DNA of 64,000 bases from Planctomycetota bacterium (GTDB lineage Bacteria > Planctomycetota > Phycisphaerae > Phycisphaerales > UBA1924), in assembly GCA_024276195.1 (NCBI GenBank), contig JAJRXR010000031.1, positions 4,473 to 68,472 on the forward strand, read 5' to 3'. Below are positions 1 through 7,778 of the stretch, piece by piece. The notes under the pieces were generated by a model. That model saw only the letters and a program-made list of their open reading frames with translations, searched no databases and had not been told where the DNA came from. Numbering within the stretch: the first letter of the stretch is position 1; each line of letters begins with the position of its first letter. A program made the translations under genes and the position numbers.

Positions 1-293
1 AGTTCCGGCGCGAGCGCGACTACATCATGGAGACCGCCCTCTTCGCCGACCTCGCCCTCGTCAAAGCCTGGAAGGCCGACGAGTTCGGCAACCTGGTCTT
101 CCGAAAGACCGCCCGCAACTTCAACCCCATGATGGCCACCGCCGCCGCCTTCACCGTCGCCGAGGTCGAGCAGATCGTCCCGACCGGAGAGCTCGAGCCC
201 GACGGCATCCACGTCTCCGGCGCCTTCGTTGACCGCATCGTCCAGACCGTCAGCGAAAAACGCATCGAACAACGGACCATGAGCCCGGCATGA
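1..293 (+). CDS. scoA: 3-oxoacid CoA-transferase subunit A, C-terminal end (5' part outside window)
   Basis: The frame is open to the window edge. It reads FRKTARNFNPMMATAA..TVAEVEQIVPTGELEPDGIHVSGAFVDRIV, the conserved C-terminus of ScoA/AtoD-type alpha subunits. The matching beta subunit is at 4311..4973. Confidence 0.8.
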   Translation, partial: FRRERDYIMETALFADLALVKAWKADEFGNLVFRKTARNFNPMMATAAAFTVAEVEQIVPTGELEPDGIHVSGAFVDRIVQTVSEKRIEQRTMSPA

Positions 294-592
294 CCGATCA
301 AGCGCTGAAACCGGATATATCAGACCTGCTCGGGGTGCTCTCGGACAGCATGTGGTTTGTTGTCGCGTTTGTGCTCGTGGTTGTCGGAAAGCTATTGCAC
401 TGGGGAACCGCCCGTCAGGTTCTCAACGCGATCAATGATGCTCAGTCCGGCAGGCGCCTGCGCAGCTGGGAGTTCAATGATCCTGTCAGGGTCGCGGCGC
501 TCGGCGATGTGTTTGTATGGGCCGGAGCCGTTGTGCTCGTGTACGCATCGGTCCGGACTATCCGCGCCGGTCTTGCGTCTCGGTCCGCGTGA
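290..592 (+). CDS. small hypothetical membrane protein
   Basis: The ATG overlaps the scoA stop (ATGA at 290-293). Two hydrophobic segments are present (WFVVAFVLVVVGKLL, VFVWAGAVVLVYA). No family recognised. Confidence 0.4.
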   Translation: MTDQALKPDISDLLGVLSDSMWFVVAFVLVVVGKLLHWGTARQVLNAINDAQSGRRLRSWEFNDPVRVAALGDVFVWAGAVVLVYASVRTIRAGLASRSA

Positions 593-612
593 TACGTCTC
601 TGGCGGCGACAG

Positions 613-894
613 ATGCCCAAACGAAAGCGCTACTCCCGAAGCCATCACAAAGGGCGCTCGCAGCGCGCGATCATCTTCCTCGCGCTGGCGTTTATCATCG
701 CCGCGATCGCCCTCACCCTTGCCCAGACCGCCCGCGATCTGTCTTTCTTCGAGCGTCTCTTCGCGTGGCTCGCGGCCCGCTCGGGCGCACGCCGGGCGCA
801 GGAGATCGTGCTGTCGTCGTGGTTGATCCTCACCCTGGGCGCCGCCGGTCTGTTGTTCTTGCTCATCGCACTTGTGCGCACCGTGCGCCGCTGA
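613..894 (+). CDS. small hypothetical membrane protein
   Basis: Internal ATG at 613 of ORF 517..894. A basic N-terminus (MPKRKRYSRSHHKGR) is followed by two TM-like stretches. Confidence 0.4.
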   Translation: MPKRKRYSRSHHKGRSQRAIIFLALAFIIAAIALTLAQTARDLSFFERLFAWLAARSGARRAQEIVLSSWLILTLGAAGLLFLLIALVRTVRR

Positions 895-907
895 ACCGGA
901 GGGCGCC

Positions 908-1222
908 ATGTCAAGCAAGTCAAGCAAGTCAAGCAAGTCAAGCAAGTCCCGCCTGATCGCCTGGATGCTCATCCTCGTCGGGCTCACGATTGCCGGGGTG
1001 GGCATTGCGCTTGTGCTCGTCGAGATCAGCTCGATGTACCAGCACGTCCTGGACGACGCCCTGGCGACGCCCGAGATCGACGAGCAGGCCCGCTCGGGTC
1101 GGATGCTGATGCGTCTGGGCCTGGCCGCGTTGGGCCTGCCGCTCGTTCTGGCGGGCACGCTGATGCGCCATCGGGCCAGGATCCGCCGCAAGCACGCCGG
1201 GAAGGCCCGCGAGTCCAACTGA
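908..1222 (+). CDS. small hypothetical membrane protein with N-terminal (SKS)n repeat
   Basis: ATG at 908 in ORF 872..1222. Begins MSSKSSKSSKSSKS, followed by two TM-like segments and a basic tail. Confidence 0.4.
   Translation: MSSKSSKSSKSSKSRLIAWMLILVGLTIAGVGIALVLVEISSMYQHVLDDALATPEIDEQARSGRMLMRLGLAALGLPLVLAGTLMRHRARIRRKHAGKARESN
911..946 (+). repeat. perfect 4 x 9-bp tandem repeat (tcaagcaag)
   Basis: Read directly: 911-919, 920-928, 929-937 and 938-946 are identical. The repeat encodes the SKS repeat of the 908..1222 ORF. Confidence 0.95.
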
Positions 1223-1244
1223 AAACACCCCAGCCGTATCTGGA

Positions 1245-1273
1245 ATGATTCTCAAGTTGAGACTGAGTCTCAA
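1245..1273. promoter_or_regulatory. overlapping palindromes upstream of feoA (candidate Fur-family operator)
   Basis: tctcaa-g-ttgaga (1250-1262) overlaps ttgagac-tga-gtctcaa (1257-1273). The site is preceded by aatgatt, sits in an A/T-richer patch and lies 55-80 nt upstream of the feoA ATG. Confidence 0.35.
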
Positions 1274-1327
1274 CCGCCGTATGATGGTCTCCCCGCCTCT
1301 CCCTGCGGGATACGGAGCCTTCCCCGC

Positions 1328-1591
1328 ATGGTCTCACCAGGCACACGCGACGATCGGATCTCGCTCACCCAGCTCCCGCGCGGCGGGCGCGGGCGCATCA
1401 GCGGCTCCACCCTCGAGCGCGAAGACGCGGCCCTGCTCCGCGCCATGGGCATCCGCCCGGACGCCGACATCGAGGTCTGCCGCCTGGGCGAGCCGTGCAT
1501 TGTGTGCGTGCTCGGTTCGTGCGGCTCAACGTGCAGGATCGGGCTGGCGCGCCGTCTGGCCGAGCGTGTGCTTGTCCGCCCGAGCAGCTGA
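1328..1591 (+). CDS. feoA: ferrous iron transport protein A (FeoA domain)
   Basis: 87 aa, SH3-like FeoA pattern (..RISLTQLPRGGRGRISG....LLRAMGIRPDADIEV..LGEPCIV..). Lies immediately upstream of feoB. Confidence 0.75.
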   Translation: MVSPGTRDDRISLTQLPRGGRGRISGSTLEREDAALLRAMGIRPDADIEVCRLGEPCIVCVLGSCGSTCRIGLARRLAERVLVRPSS

Positions 1592-1604
1592 GCGCTCCCC
1601 GCCG

Positions 1605-3596
1605 ATGAGCGCTCCCGCGACGATGTCAGGCGACGCTCAAGCCCCGGCGCCGTCCGCGCCGCGCTGCATCGCCCTGCTGGGCAACCCCAACGTCGGCAAG
1701 ACCACGCTGTTCAACCGCCTGTGCGCCCTGCGCCAGAAAACCTCCAACTTCCCGGGGACAACCCAGGAAGCCCGCATCGGTTGGGTGGCGCTCGGTGACC
1801 GCTCCGAGACCTGCCTGATCGACCTCCCGGGCGTCTACTCGCTCGAGCTCGATCTGAGCGAGTCCAAGCTCTGCCGCAGCGTTCTCGATGGAAACTCGAT
1901 CCCCCCCGGCGCCCCCGCGCCCGAGGCCCAGGTCATCGTCGTCGATGCGGCCAACCTCGTGCGCAACCTCGTCCTCGCCGGTCAGGCGCTCAGACGCACA
2001 ATCCCCGGCCTCGTCGTCGTCAACATGATCGACACCGCCCGCAGGCGCGGCGTCCATGTTGACGCCAACGCGCTGAGTGACTCCCTCGGCGTTCCCGTCG
2101 TGCTCGTCAGCGCCCGCACTGGCGACGGCTTCGATCAGCTCCGCGAGGCGATGCGCTCCCCGAGCCTCCCCTCGCGCACGCCCCCCGATTCGCTCGACGA
2201 GCTCGAACGCTGGGCTGATGAGGTCTACGCCGAGGTCGGCAGCGCCCACGATGGAACAAGGTCCAGCGATCGTCTGACGGACCGCCTCGACCGCGCCTTC
2301 ACCCACCCCGTGCTCGGCGCCGGGCTGTTCGCGCTGATCATGACGGGCCTGTTCTGGGTCATCTTCCGACTCGCCGCGTACCCGATGGACTGGATCGACG
2401 CGATCTTCAGCACGCTCGGCGGGGGCGCCGAGGCCCTGCTCCCCGCGGGGATCCTGCGCGACCTGCTCGTCGATGGCGTCATCGCTGGCGTCGGCGCCAC
2501 GCTGATTTTCCTGCCCCAGATCTGCCTGCTCTTCTTCCTGATCTCGCTGCTTGAAGACACCGGCTACCTCGCCCGGGCCGCGTTCGTCATCGACCGCCTG
2601 CTCCGCCCCTTCGGGTTGTCGGGGCACGCCTTCGTCCCGCTGCTCAGCTCGCACGCCTGCGCCCTGCCCGGCATCATGGCGACCCGCGCTATCCCCGATC
2701 GGCGCGATCGCCTCGCGACCATCCTCGTGGCGCCCTTCATGAGCTGCACCGCCCGCATCCCCGTCTACGTCCTGCTCACCACCATCCTCTTCCCCGGGCG
2801 ACCCGCGATGCAGGCGCTCGCGTTCACGGGGTGCTATGTCCTGGGCGCCTGCGCCGGGCTGCTCAGCTCCCTTGTCGTGCGCCGAACCATTCTCAGGGGC
2901 AAGACCCGCCCCATGGCCCTCGAGCTGCCCAGCTACCGCCTGCCCAACCTGCGCACGGCCCTGCTCACCACCTACGACCGCGCCAAGGTCTTCCTCCGCA
3001 AGGCCGGCACGATGATCCTCGCCATCTCCATCGTCCTCTGGTGGATGGGCGAATACCCGCACTCCGACCCGCCCGCGCAGTCGATCTCCCTCCGCGAACA
3101 GGCGGCGTCGATCGAGCCCGCCGACCCCGACGCCGCGAACGCCATGCTCGACGAGGCCGCCCACCTCGAAGCGCGCCACGCCTCACGCTACAGCTTCCTC
3201 GGGCGCCTGGGCGAGGCGATCTCGCCCGTGTTTGCTCCGCTCGGCTATGACCGCCAGCTCACGGTGGGGGTGCTGGCGAGCTTCGCCGCGCGGGAGGTGT
3301 TCGTCACGACCATGGCCGTGCAGGTGATCGGCTCCGACGAGGACGACGGGGGCGTCTTCGACGCGCTCTCGGGCGCCACGCGCGACGACGGGCGCCCGAT
3401 CTTCACCGCCGCCACGAGCTGGTCGCTGCTTGTGTATTACGTCCTGGCGATGCAGTGCCTGCCCACGCTCGTCGTCACCGCCCGCGAGGCCGGCGGCGCC
3501 AAATGGGCCTTCCTCCAGCTCGCCTGGATGGGCGCCCTCGCGTATGGCCTCGCCCTGCTCGTCAACCAGACCCTGCTCGCATTGGGGGTGGCATGA
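1605..3596 (+). CDS. feoB: ferrous iron transporter FeoB
   Basis: Internal ATG at 1605 of ORF 1245..3596, just after the feoA stop. N-terminal G-domain (IALLGNPNVGKTTLFN, DLPGVYSL, NMID) followed by a long polytopic membrane domain. Confidence 0.95.
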   Translation: MSAPATMSGDAQAPAPSAPRCIALLGNPNVGKTTLFNRLCALRQKTSNFPGTTQEARIGWVALGDRSETCLIDLPGVYSLELDLSESKLCRSVLDGNSIPPGAPAPEAQVIVVDAANLVRNLVLAGQALRRTIPGLVVVNMIDTARRRGVHVDANALSDSLGVPVVLVSARTGDGFDQLREAMRSPSLPSRTPPDSLDELERWADEVYAEVGSAHDGTRSSDRLTDRLDRAFTHPVLGAGLFALIMTGLFWVIFRLAAYPMDWIDAIFSTLGGGAEALLPAGILRDLLVDGVIAGVGATLIFLPQICLLFFLISLLEDTGYLARAAFVIDRLLRPFGLSGHAFVPLLSSHACALPGIMATRAIPDRRDRLATILVAPFMSCTARIPVYVLLTTILFPGRPAMQALAFTGCYVLGACAGLLSSLVVRRTILRGKTRPMALELPSYRLPNLRTALLTTYDRAKVFLRKAGTMILAISIVLWWMGEYPHSDPPAQSISLREQAASIEPADPDAANAMLDEAAHLEARHASRYSFLGRLGEAISPVFAPLGYDRQLTVGVLASFAAREVFVTTMAVQVIGSDEDDGGVFDALSGATRDDGRPIFTAATSWSLLVYYVLAMQCLPTLVVTAREAGGAKWAFLQLAWMGALAYGLALLVNQTLLALGVA

Positions 3597-3754
3597 GCTT
3601 CCCGCTGGGCGATTGGCAGTTCTGGGTCGCCACCGCCGCGGTGTTCGCCGTCATCGCGCTCGTCGCCGCCCGTATTCGCCGAGCAACCCGCAGACGCCCC
3701 GGCGCCCGGAAGGTCAGCCTGACCATCGAGGGCGAGAAACGCCAGCGTCGGTGA
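3593..3754 (+). CDS. small FeoB-associated membrane protein (hypothetical)
   Basis: The ATG overlaps the feoB stop (ATGA at 3593-3596). 53 aa with one TM segment (FWVATAAVFAVIALVAA) and a basic tail. Confidence 0.4.
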   Translation: MSFPLGDWQFWVATAAVFAVIALVAARIRRATRRRPGARKVSLTIEGEKRQRR

Positions 3755-3779
3755 ACTTGGCAACGCTTCTTCCGTACGC

Positions 3780-4049
3780 TTGGTTATGACACAGGGATCA
3801 TCGAGCAGCTCACTCCTTCTCATCGTGGTATGGAGTGGGCTTGCCGTATGTGCCTGGAGTGGGTGTGGCCCAAACGTGACACTGGATCTCCCGAATGGCT
3901 ACTCGCTCGTAGTGATGAACGCACGCGATCGGGGGATCACTGGACCAGAGTACGGCGTGGTTGGGCGCCTCTCTGTGTACCGAGTGGATGCGAAAGGTGA
4001 CCTGGTATTGGAACGTACTGCGACCCAGAGGACGATTCCTACACTGTAA
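3780..4049 (+). CDS. hypothetical lipoprotein (possibly the 5' half of a frameshifted gene)
   Basis: Signal peptide plus a lipobox-like WSGC motif. The local patch has lower G+C. Confidence 0.35.
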   Translation: MVMTQGSSSSSLLLIVVWSGLAVCAWSGCGPNVTLDLPNGYSLVVMNARDRGITGPEYGVVGRLSVYRVDAKGDLVLERTATQRTIPTL

Positions 4050-4060
4050 ATGGCTACTTC

Positions 4061-4297
4061 GTGATCGATACCCGCGCTCAGACTCACGCGGAGTACGAGA
4101 CTGAGTTTGCGTGGCGGGACGCCCTCGCAGAAAAAGGAGTTCGGAAGATCAATCTGCGATGGCCAAGTGCTTTCTGGAGGCCAGAGCCCTTCCCCTGGCG
4201 AAAAGCCGTATGGGGCATAGTCCTTGTTGGATCAGGACTTCTCTCGGTTTGGTTTATCCGTCGGATCGTGAAGACTCGTCGGGAGCGACTCGTTTGA
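4061..4297 (+). CDS. hypothetical C-terminally membrane-anchored protein (possibly the 3' half of a frameshifted gene)
   Basis: GTG start, C-terminal TM ([17 protein letters not shown]). The upstream frame is open from 4001 and overlaps the end of 3780..4049. Confidence 0.3.
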   Translation: MIDTRAQTHAEYETEFAWRDALAEKGVRKINLRWPSAFWRPEPFPWRKAVWGIVLVGSGLLSVWFIRRIVKTRRERLV

Positions 4298-4310
4298 TTA
4301 TCATCTCCCC

Positions 4311-4973
4311 ATGCCACTCACTCGCGAACAGATCACCAAACGTGCCGCCGCCGAACTCCGCGACGGCTACATCGTCAACCTTGGCATCGGCATGCCCACC
4401 CTCGTCGCCAACCACATCCCGGACGGCATGGACGTCTGGCTGCAGAGTGAGAACGGCCTGCTCGGCATCGGCCCCTTCCCGACGGAAGACAACATCGACG
4501 CCGACCTCATCAACGCCGGCAAGCAGACCATCACCGCACGCCAAGGCGCCAGCTACTTCTCCTCCGCCGATTCTTTTGCCATGATCCGAGGCGGGCACAT
4601 CGACATGTGCATCCTCGGCGCCATGGAAATCAGCCAAGGCGGCGACATCGCCAACTGGATGATCCCCGGCAAAATGATCAAGGGCATGGGCGGCGCCATG
4701 GACCTCGTCGCCGGCGTCAAAAAAGTCGTCGTCACCATGGAGCACGTCTCGCGCAAGGGCGACCCCAAAATCGTCCCCGCCTGCACCCTCCCCCTCACCG
4801 GCCTCGCCTGCATCGACCTGATCATCACCGACCTGTGCGTGCTCGAGTTCGACAGCGACGCAAACCGCTTCCGCCTGACAGAACTCGCCCCGGGCGTGAG
4901 CGTCGATGAGGTCAAATCCAAGACGAGCGCCGAGATATTGACCGATCGCAAGCCGGTTGAGATGAGCGTGTGA
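4311..4973 (+). CDS. scoB: 3-oxoacid CoA-transferase subunit B
   Basis: [23 protein letters not shown] and GGAMDLV motifs, including the catalytic-Glu region (SENG) typical of ScoB/AtoA beta subunits. Confidence 0.95.
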   Translation: MPLTREQITKRAAAELRDGYIVNLGIGMPTLVANHIPDGMDVWLQSENGLLGIGPFPTEDNIDADLINAGKQTITARQGASYFSSADSFAMIRGGHIDMCILGAMEISQGGDIANWMIPGKMIKGMGGAMDLVAGVKKVVVTMEHVSRKGDPKIVPACTLPLTGLACIDLIITDLCVLEFDSDANRFRLTELAPGVSVDEVKSKTSAEILTDRKPVEMSV

Positions 4974-4974
4974 A

Positions 4975-5328
4975 ATGGAATCCGATTCGGGTAATGACGG
5001 CACGTTCTTCCGAGTCGATACTGAGCAGGCGCCACCAATCTATGTCCACGCGATCTCACACAACAAGGCTCGCGCGGCGGTTGCAAAGAGGGGTCGCAAG
5101 GTCAAGCTTGTGACACAGGTCAAAGCGAGTTCGATCCCACCTGACGCGGTTCTTCTGGACGTGCTGACTCCCCCCGGACCGGCTACGGAAACATCTTTCA
5201 TTGCTCGAGCGGCCATCATCCGTCACCCGTACATCACGATCGCGATTGGGGTTGTGCTCGGGAATCTCCTGACGTGGGGCGTGCTCATCGTGCTCGCGGG
5301 CATGTTCGGCGGGATAAGCATCGGATGA
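4975..5328 (+). CDS. hypothetical membrane-anchored protein
   Basis: Starts 2 nt after the scoB stop. C-terminal TM segments (ITIAIGVVLGNLLTWGVLIVLAGMFGG). Confidence 0.4.
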   Translation: MESDSGNDGTFFRVDTEQAPPIYVHAISHNKARAAVAKRGRKVKLVTQVKASSIPPDAVLLDVLTPPGPATETSFIARAAIIRHPYITIAIGVVLGNLLTWGVLIVLAGMFGGISIG

Positions 5329-6266
5329 CGGCTCAAGGCCTGCAATCTACCAGCACCATCCTCATGGTCCGCCCAGCCGCGTTCGGGTCCAACCCGTCAA
5401 CCCTCGCCTCCAACGCCTTCCAGAGCCAAGCGGTGGGGGACGCTGCGCAGATTCACGCGCAAGCGATCCAGGAGTTTGACGCGCTGGTCGAGACTCTGCG
5501 CGCCGCGGGGGTGAACGTCATCACAGTTGATGACACCCCGTTTCCGCCTAAGCCCGATGCCGTCTACCCCAACAACTGGTTCACGACCCACGCGGACGGG
5601 CGCGCGATCCTGTACCCGATGCTTAGCCCGTCGCGCCGCCTCGAACGCCGCCCGGAGCTGCTCGAGTCCGCCGCGCGCTCGGCGGGCCTCGACCTTCGCA
5701 TCATCGACTCCACCCTCGTCCGCGAGTTCGAGGGCAAGGGGAGATATCTTGAGGGCACGGGCTCGATGGTCCTCGATCGTGCGAACAAAATCGCCTACGC
5801 CTGCCGCTCGCCGCGCACGGACGAGGGCGTCTTCAACCGTCTCTGTTTGATGCTCGCCTACGAGCCCGTTCTCTTCGACGCGACCGACGCCAAGGGCGGC
5901 GCCTACTACCACACCAACGTCATGCTCTCGCTCGGCGCCGACTTCGCCATCATCTGCCTCGAAGCGGTCAACGCCGACCAGCGCGTAGCTGTTCGCCAGC
6001 GCCTCGAATCCACCGGGCGTGAGATACTCGACATCACCCGCGAGCAGGCCTCCACGTTCGCCGCCAATGTTCTCGAACTCCGCGCCGGCTCGGGAAAGCG
6101 TGTTCTCGCCCTCTCAAGTGCCGCCCTCGCCGCTCTGGGCAAGCACGCCCAAACCCTCGCAGGCAAGGGTCTCACCCTCGCCCACGCCCCGATCCCCACC
6201 ATCGAACGCTTCGGCGGCGGCTCCGCCCGGTGCATGATCGCCGAGCTCTTCCTGCCCCGCCCCTGA
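5325..6266 (+). CDS. guanidino-group-modifying (amidinotransferase / arginine-deiminase-type) enzyme, CtlX-like
   Basis: ATG at 5325 overlaps the upstream stop (ATGA). Shows NxxF.TH.., YHTNVM and the C-terminal GGGSARCMIAE catalytic-Cys motif of the GME superfamily. Confidence 0.7.
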   Translation: MTAQGLQSTSTILMVRPAAFGSNPSTLASNAFQSQAVGDAAQIHAQAIQEFDALVETLRAAGVNVITVDDTPFPPKPDAVYPNNWFTTHADGRAILYPMLSPSRRLERRPELLESAARSAGLDLRIIDSTLVREFEGKGRYLEGTGSMVLDRANKIAYACRSPRTDEGVFNRLCLMLAYEPVLFDATDAKGGAYYHTNVMLSLGADFAIICLEAVNADQRVAVRQRLESTGREILDITREQASTFAANVLELRAGSGKRVLALSSAALAALGKHAQTLAGKGLTLAHAPIPTIERFGGGSARCMIAELFLPRP

Positions 6267-6370
6267 TCGCCTTGCCCGCCTCTTGCTTGCGCCCAAGGTG
6301 ACCCGCTACCCTTGCCAAGCCGCCCGAGGGGGCGGGACCTCATCCATTTCCAACACCAGGAGAGTGAACC

Positions 6371-6781
6371 ATGGCCAACTACCCCATCCAGGATGTCGAA
6401 GGCATCGGCCCGTCCTTCGGCGCCAAGCTCGAAGCCGCCGGCATCAAAGACACCGACGCCCTGCTCAACGCCTGCAAAACCCCGGCTGACCGCAAATCGC
6501 TCAGCGAGAAATCCGAGATCGGCGACAAGCAGATCCTCAAGTGGGCCAACATGGTCGATCTCTACCGCGTCAAGGGCATCGGCAGCGAGTACTCCGAGCT
6601 GCTCGAAGCCTCCGGCGTGGACACCGTCCCCGAGCTCGCCCAGCGCAACGCCGCCAACCTCGCCGCCAAGATGATGGAGGTCAACGACGCCAAGAGCCTC
6701 ACCCGGCGCGCCCCGAGCGAGAAGGAAGTCGCCGGCTGGGTTGACCACGCCAAGACCCTCGACCGCGCCCTGCACTACTGA
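6371..6781 (+). CDS. DUF4332-type helix-hairpin-helix protein
   Basis: Two repeats of the motif (DVEGIGPSFGAKLEAAGI.. and RVKGIGSEYSELLEASGVDTV..ELA). GGAG lies upstream of the ATG. Confidence 0.65.
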   Translation: MANYPIQDVEGIGPSFGAKLEAAGIKDTDALLNACKTPADRKSLSEKSEIGDKQILKWANMVDLYRVKGIGSEYSELLEASGVDTVPELAQRNAANLAAKMMEVNDAKSLTRRAPSEKEVAGWVDHAKTLDRALHY

Positions 6782-6813
6782 TCCGGCGCAGCCGCATCGC
6801 CTCAAAATAAACA

Positions 6814-6850
6814 CCGCCCCGGGGACGTCCTCGGGGCGGTTGTTGTTTTC
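6814..6850. terminator. rho-independent terminator between convergent genes
   Basis: 11-bp stem ccgccccgggg/cctcggggcgg (one G-U pair), 4-nt loop, then ttgttgttttc. Confidence 0.7.
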
Positions 6851-6876
6851 GCGTTATAGAAAGCTCGCCCGCGGGC

Positions 6877-7659
6877 TCAGGGGCCTTCGCCGCCCGCGTC
6901 GTCGCCCGTCTCATCGTCCGAGTGATCGTCGTCGGCGTCGTGCTCGTGGTCATCGTCGCCGTCGTCGTCGCCATCGCTCAGCGCCCGATCAATCGCGGCC
7001 CGGATCTCGTCGGACACGTCAAACACAACGCGCTCGTTGGGAATCTCCGCCGCGTCCGCCGCCGCGACCGCGTTGGCGATCACCTCGCGCAGCTCGTCGT
7101 CCGTGCAATCCTTCGGCGCCTTGAGGTGCAGCGTGAACTTCGGGTGGTTGATATGCACGCCCGGGCCGGTCGTGTTCACCGTCTTGATCGGGTCGAAGAT
7201 GTCCGCCAGCGGGTCCGCCTCGATCTTATCTTCAGACACCGCCTGCGCGACGCGCGACAGCGCCAATCCGCCAGCTTCCTTCTCCTCATCCGAAAGCCCG
7301 GATGGCGCCAGGTACATGCTCTCGAACCCGCCAACTCTCGCCGCCGGGATCAGCGGCCCCTCGGCGATGTCCGTCCCGATCTCGATGAACTGCTTGAACG
7401 AGATGTCGCCGCTCTTGAACCCATCCGTCAGGCGCGTGACTTCGGCCAAGACCTCTGTTTTTTCGCTCTCGGGCAGATCCGACGCCTGGATCGCTTGCTC
7501 GGCGACCGACTTGATCCCAGCCGAGACCCAGCCCTTCCCGTTTATCACGACGATCACAACGCCCACAATGACCAAAACCACCAGAACACCGAGAACAATC
7601 AGGCAACCCGCCAGCGCGCCGCCGCGCCGCTGTGAGTACCGCTTCAAACTGTGAGACAT
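6877..7659 (-). CDS. membrane-anchored protein with poly-acidic C-terminal tail (hypothetical)
   Basis: Internal ATG at 7659 (MSHSLKRY..), one N-terminal TM, C-terminus DGDDDGDDDHEHDADDDHSDDETGDD. Confidence 0.55.
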   Translation of the reverse strand: MSHSLKRYSQRRGGALAGCLIVLGVLVVLVIVGVVIVVINGKGWVSAGIKSVAEQAIQASDLPESEKTEVLAEVTRLTDGFKSGDISFKQFIEIGTDIAEGPLIPAARVGGFESMYLAPSGLSDEEKEAGGLALSRVAQAVSEDKIEADPLADIFDPIKTVNTTGPGVHINHPKFTLHLKAPKDCTDDELREVIANAVAAADAAEIPNERVVFDVSDEIRAAIDRALSDGDDDGDDDHEHDADDDHSDDETGDDAGGEGP

Positions 7660-7778
7660 GTGTGTGCTCCCCTGACCACGCCACCAGCGCGGCCGGTATC
7701 TTGTCTCTATTCTACTTCGGGAAATGCCCCGGCGGATTCCCGCCATCCACAACGCCAAACGCCCCGCGAGCATCGCCC

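Noticed and set aside
1245-1604. N-terminal 120-codon extension of the feoB ORF (783-aa version)
   Set aside because: The extension overlaps feoA in another frame and is Ala/Ser/Arg-rich. The ATG at 1605 lies just after the feoA stop and directly precedes the G-domain.
1626-3179. 517-aa ORF antisense to feoB. The same pattern appears at 4254..5003, 5906..6814, 8205..8834, 21304..22800, 23399..24316, 24590..25288 and elsewhere.
   Set aside because: These ORFs lie fully inside well-supported genes on the other strand. Their products are Gly/Ala/Arg/Asp-rich low-complexity sequences typical of stop-codon-poor antisense frames in high-G+C DNA.
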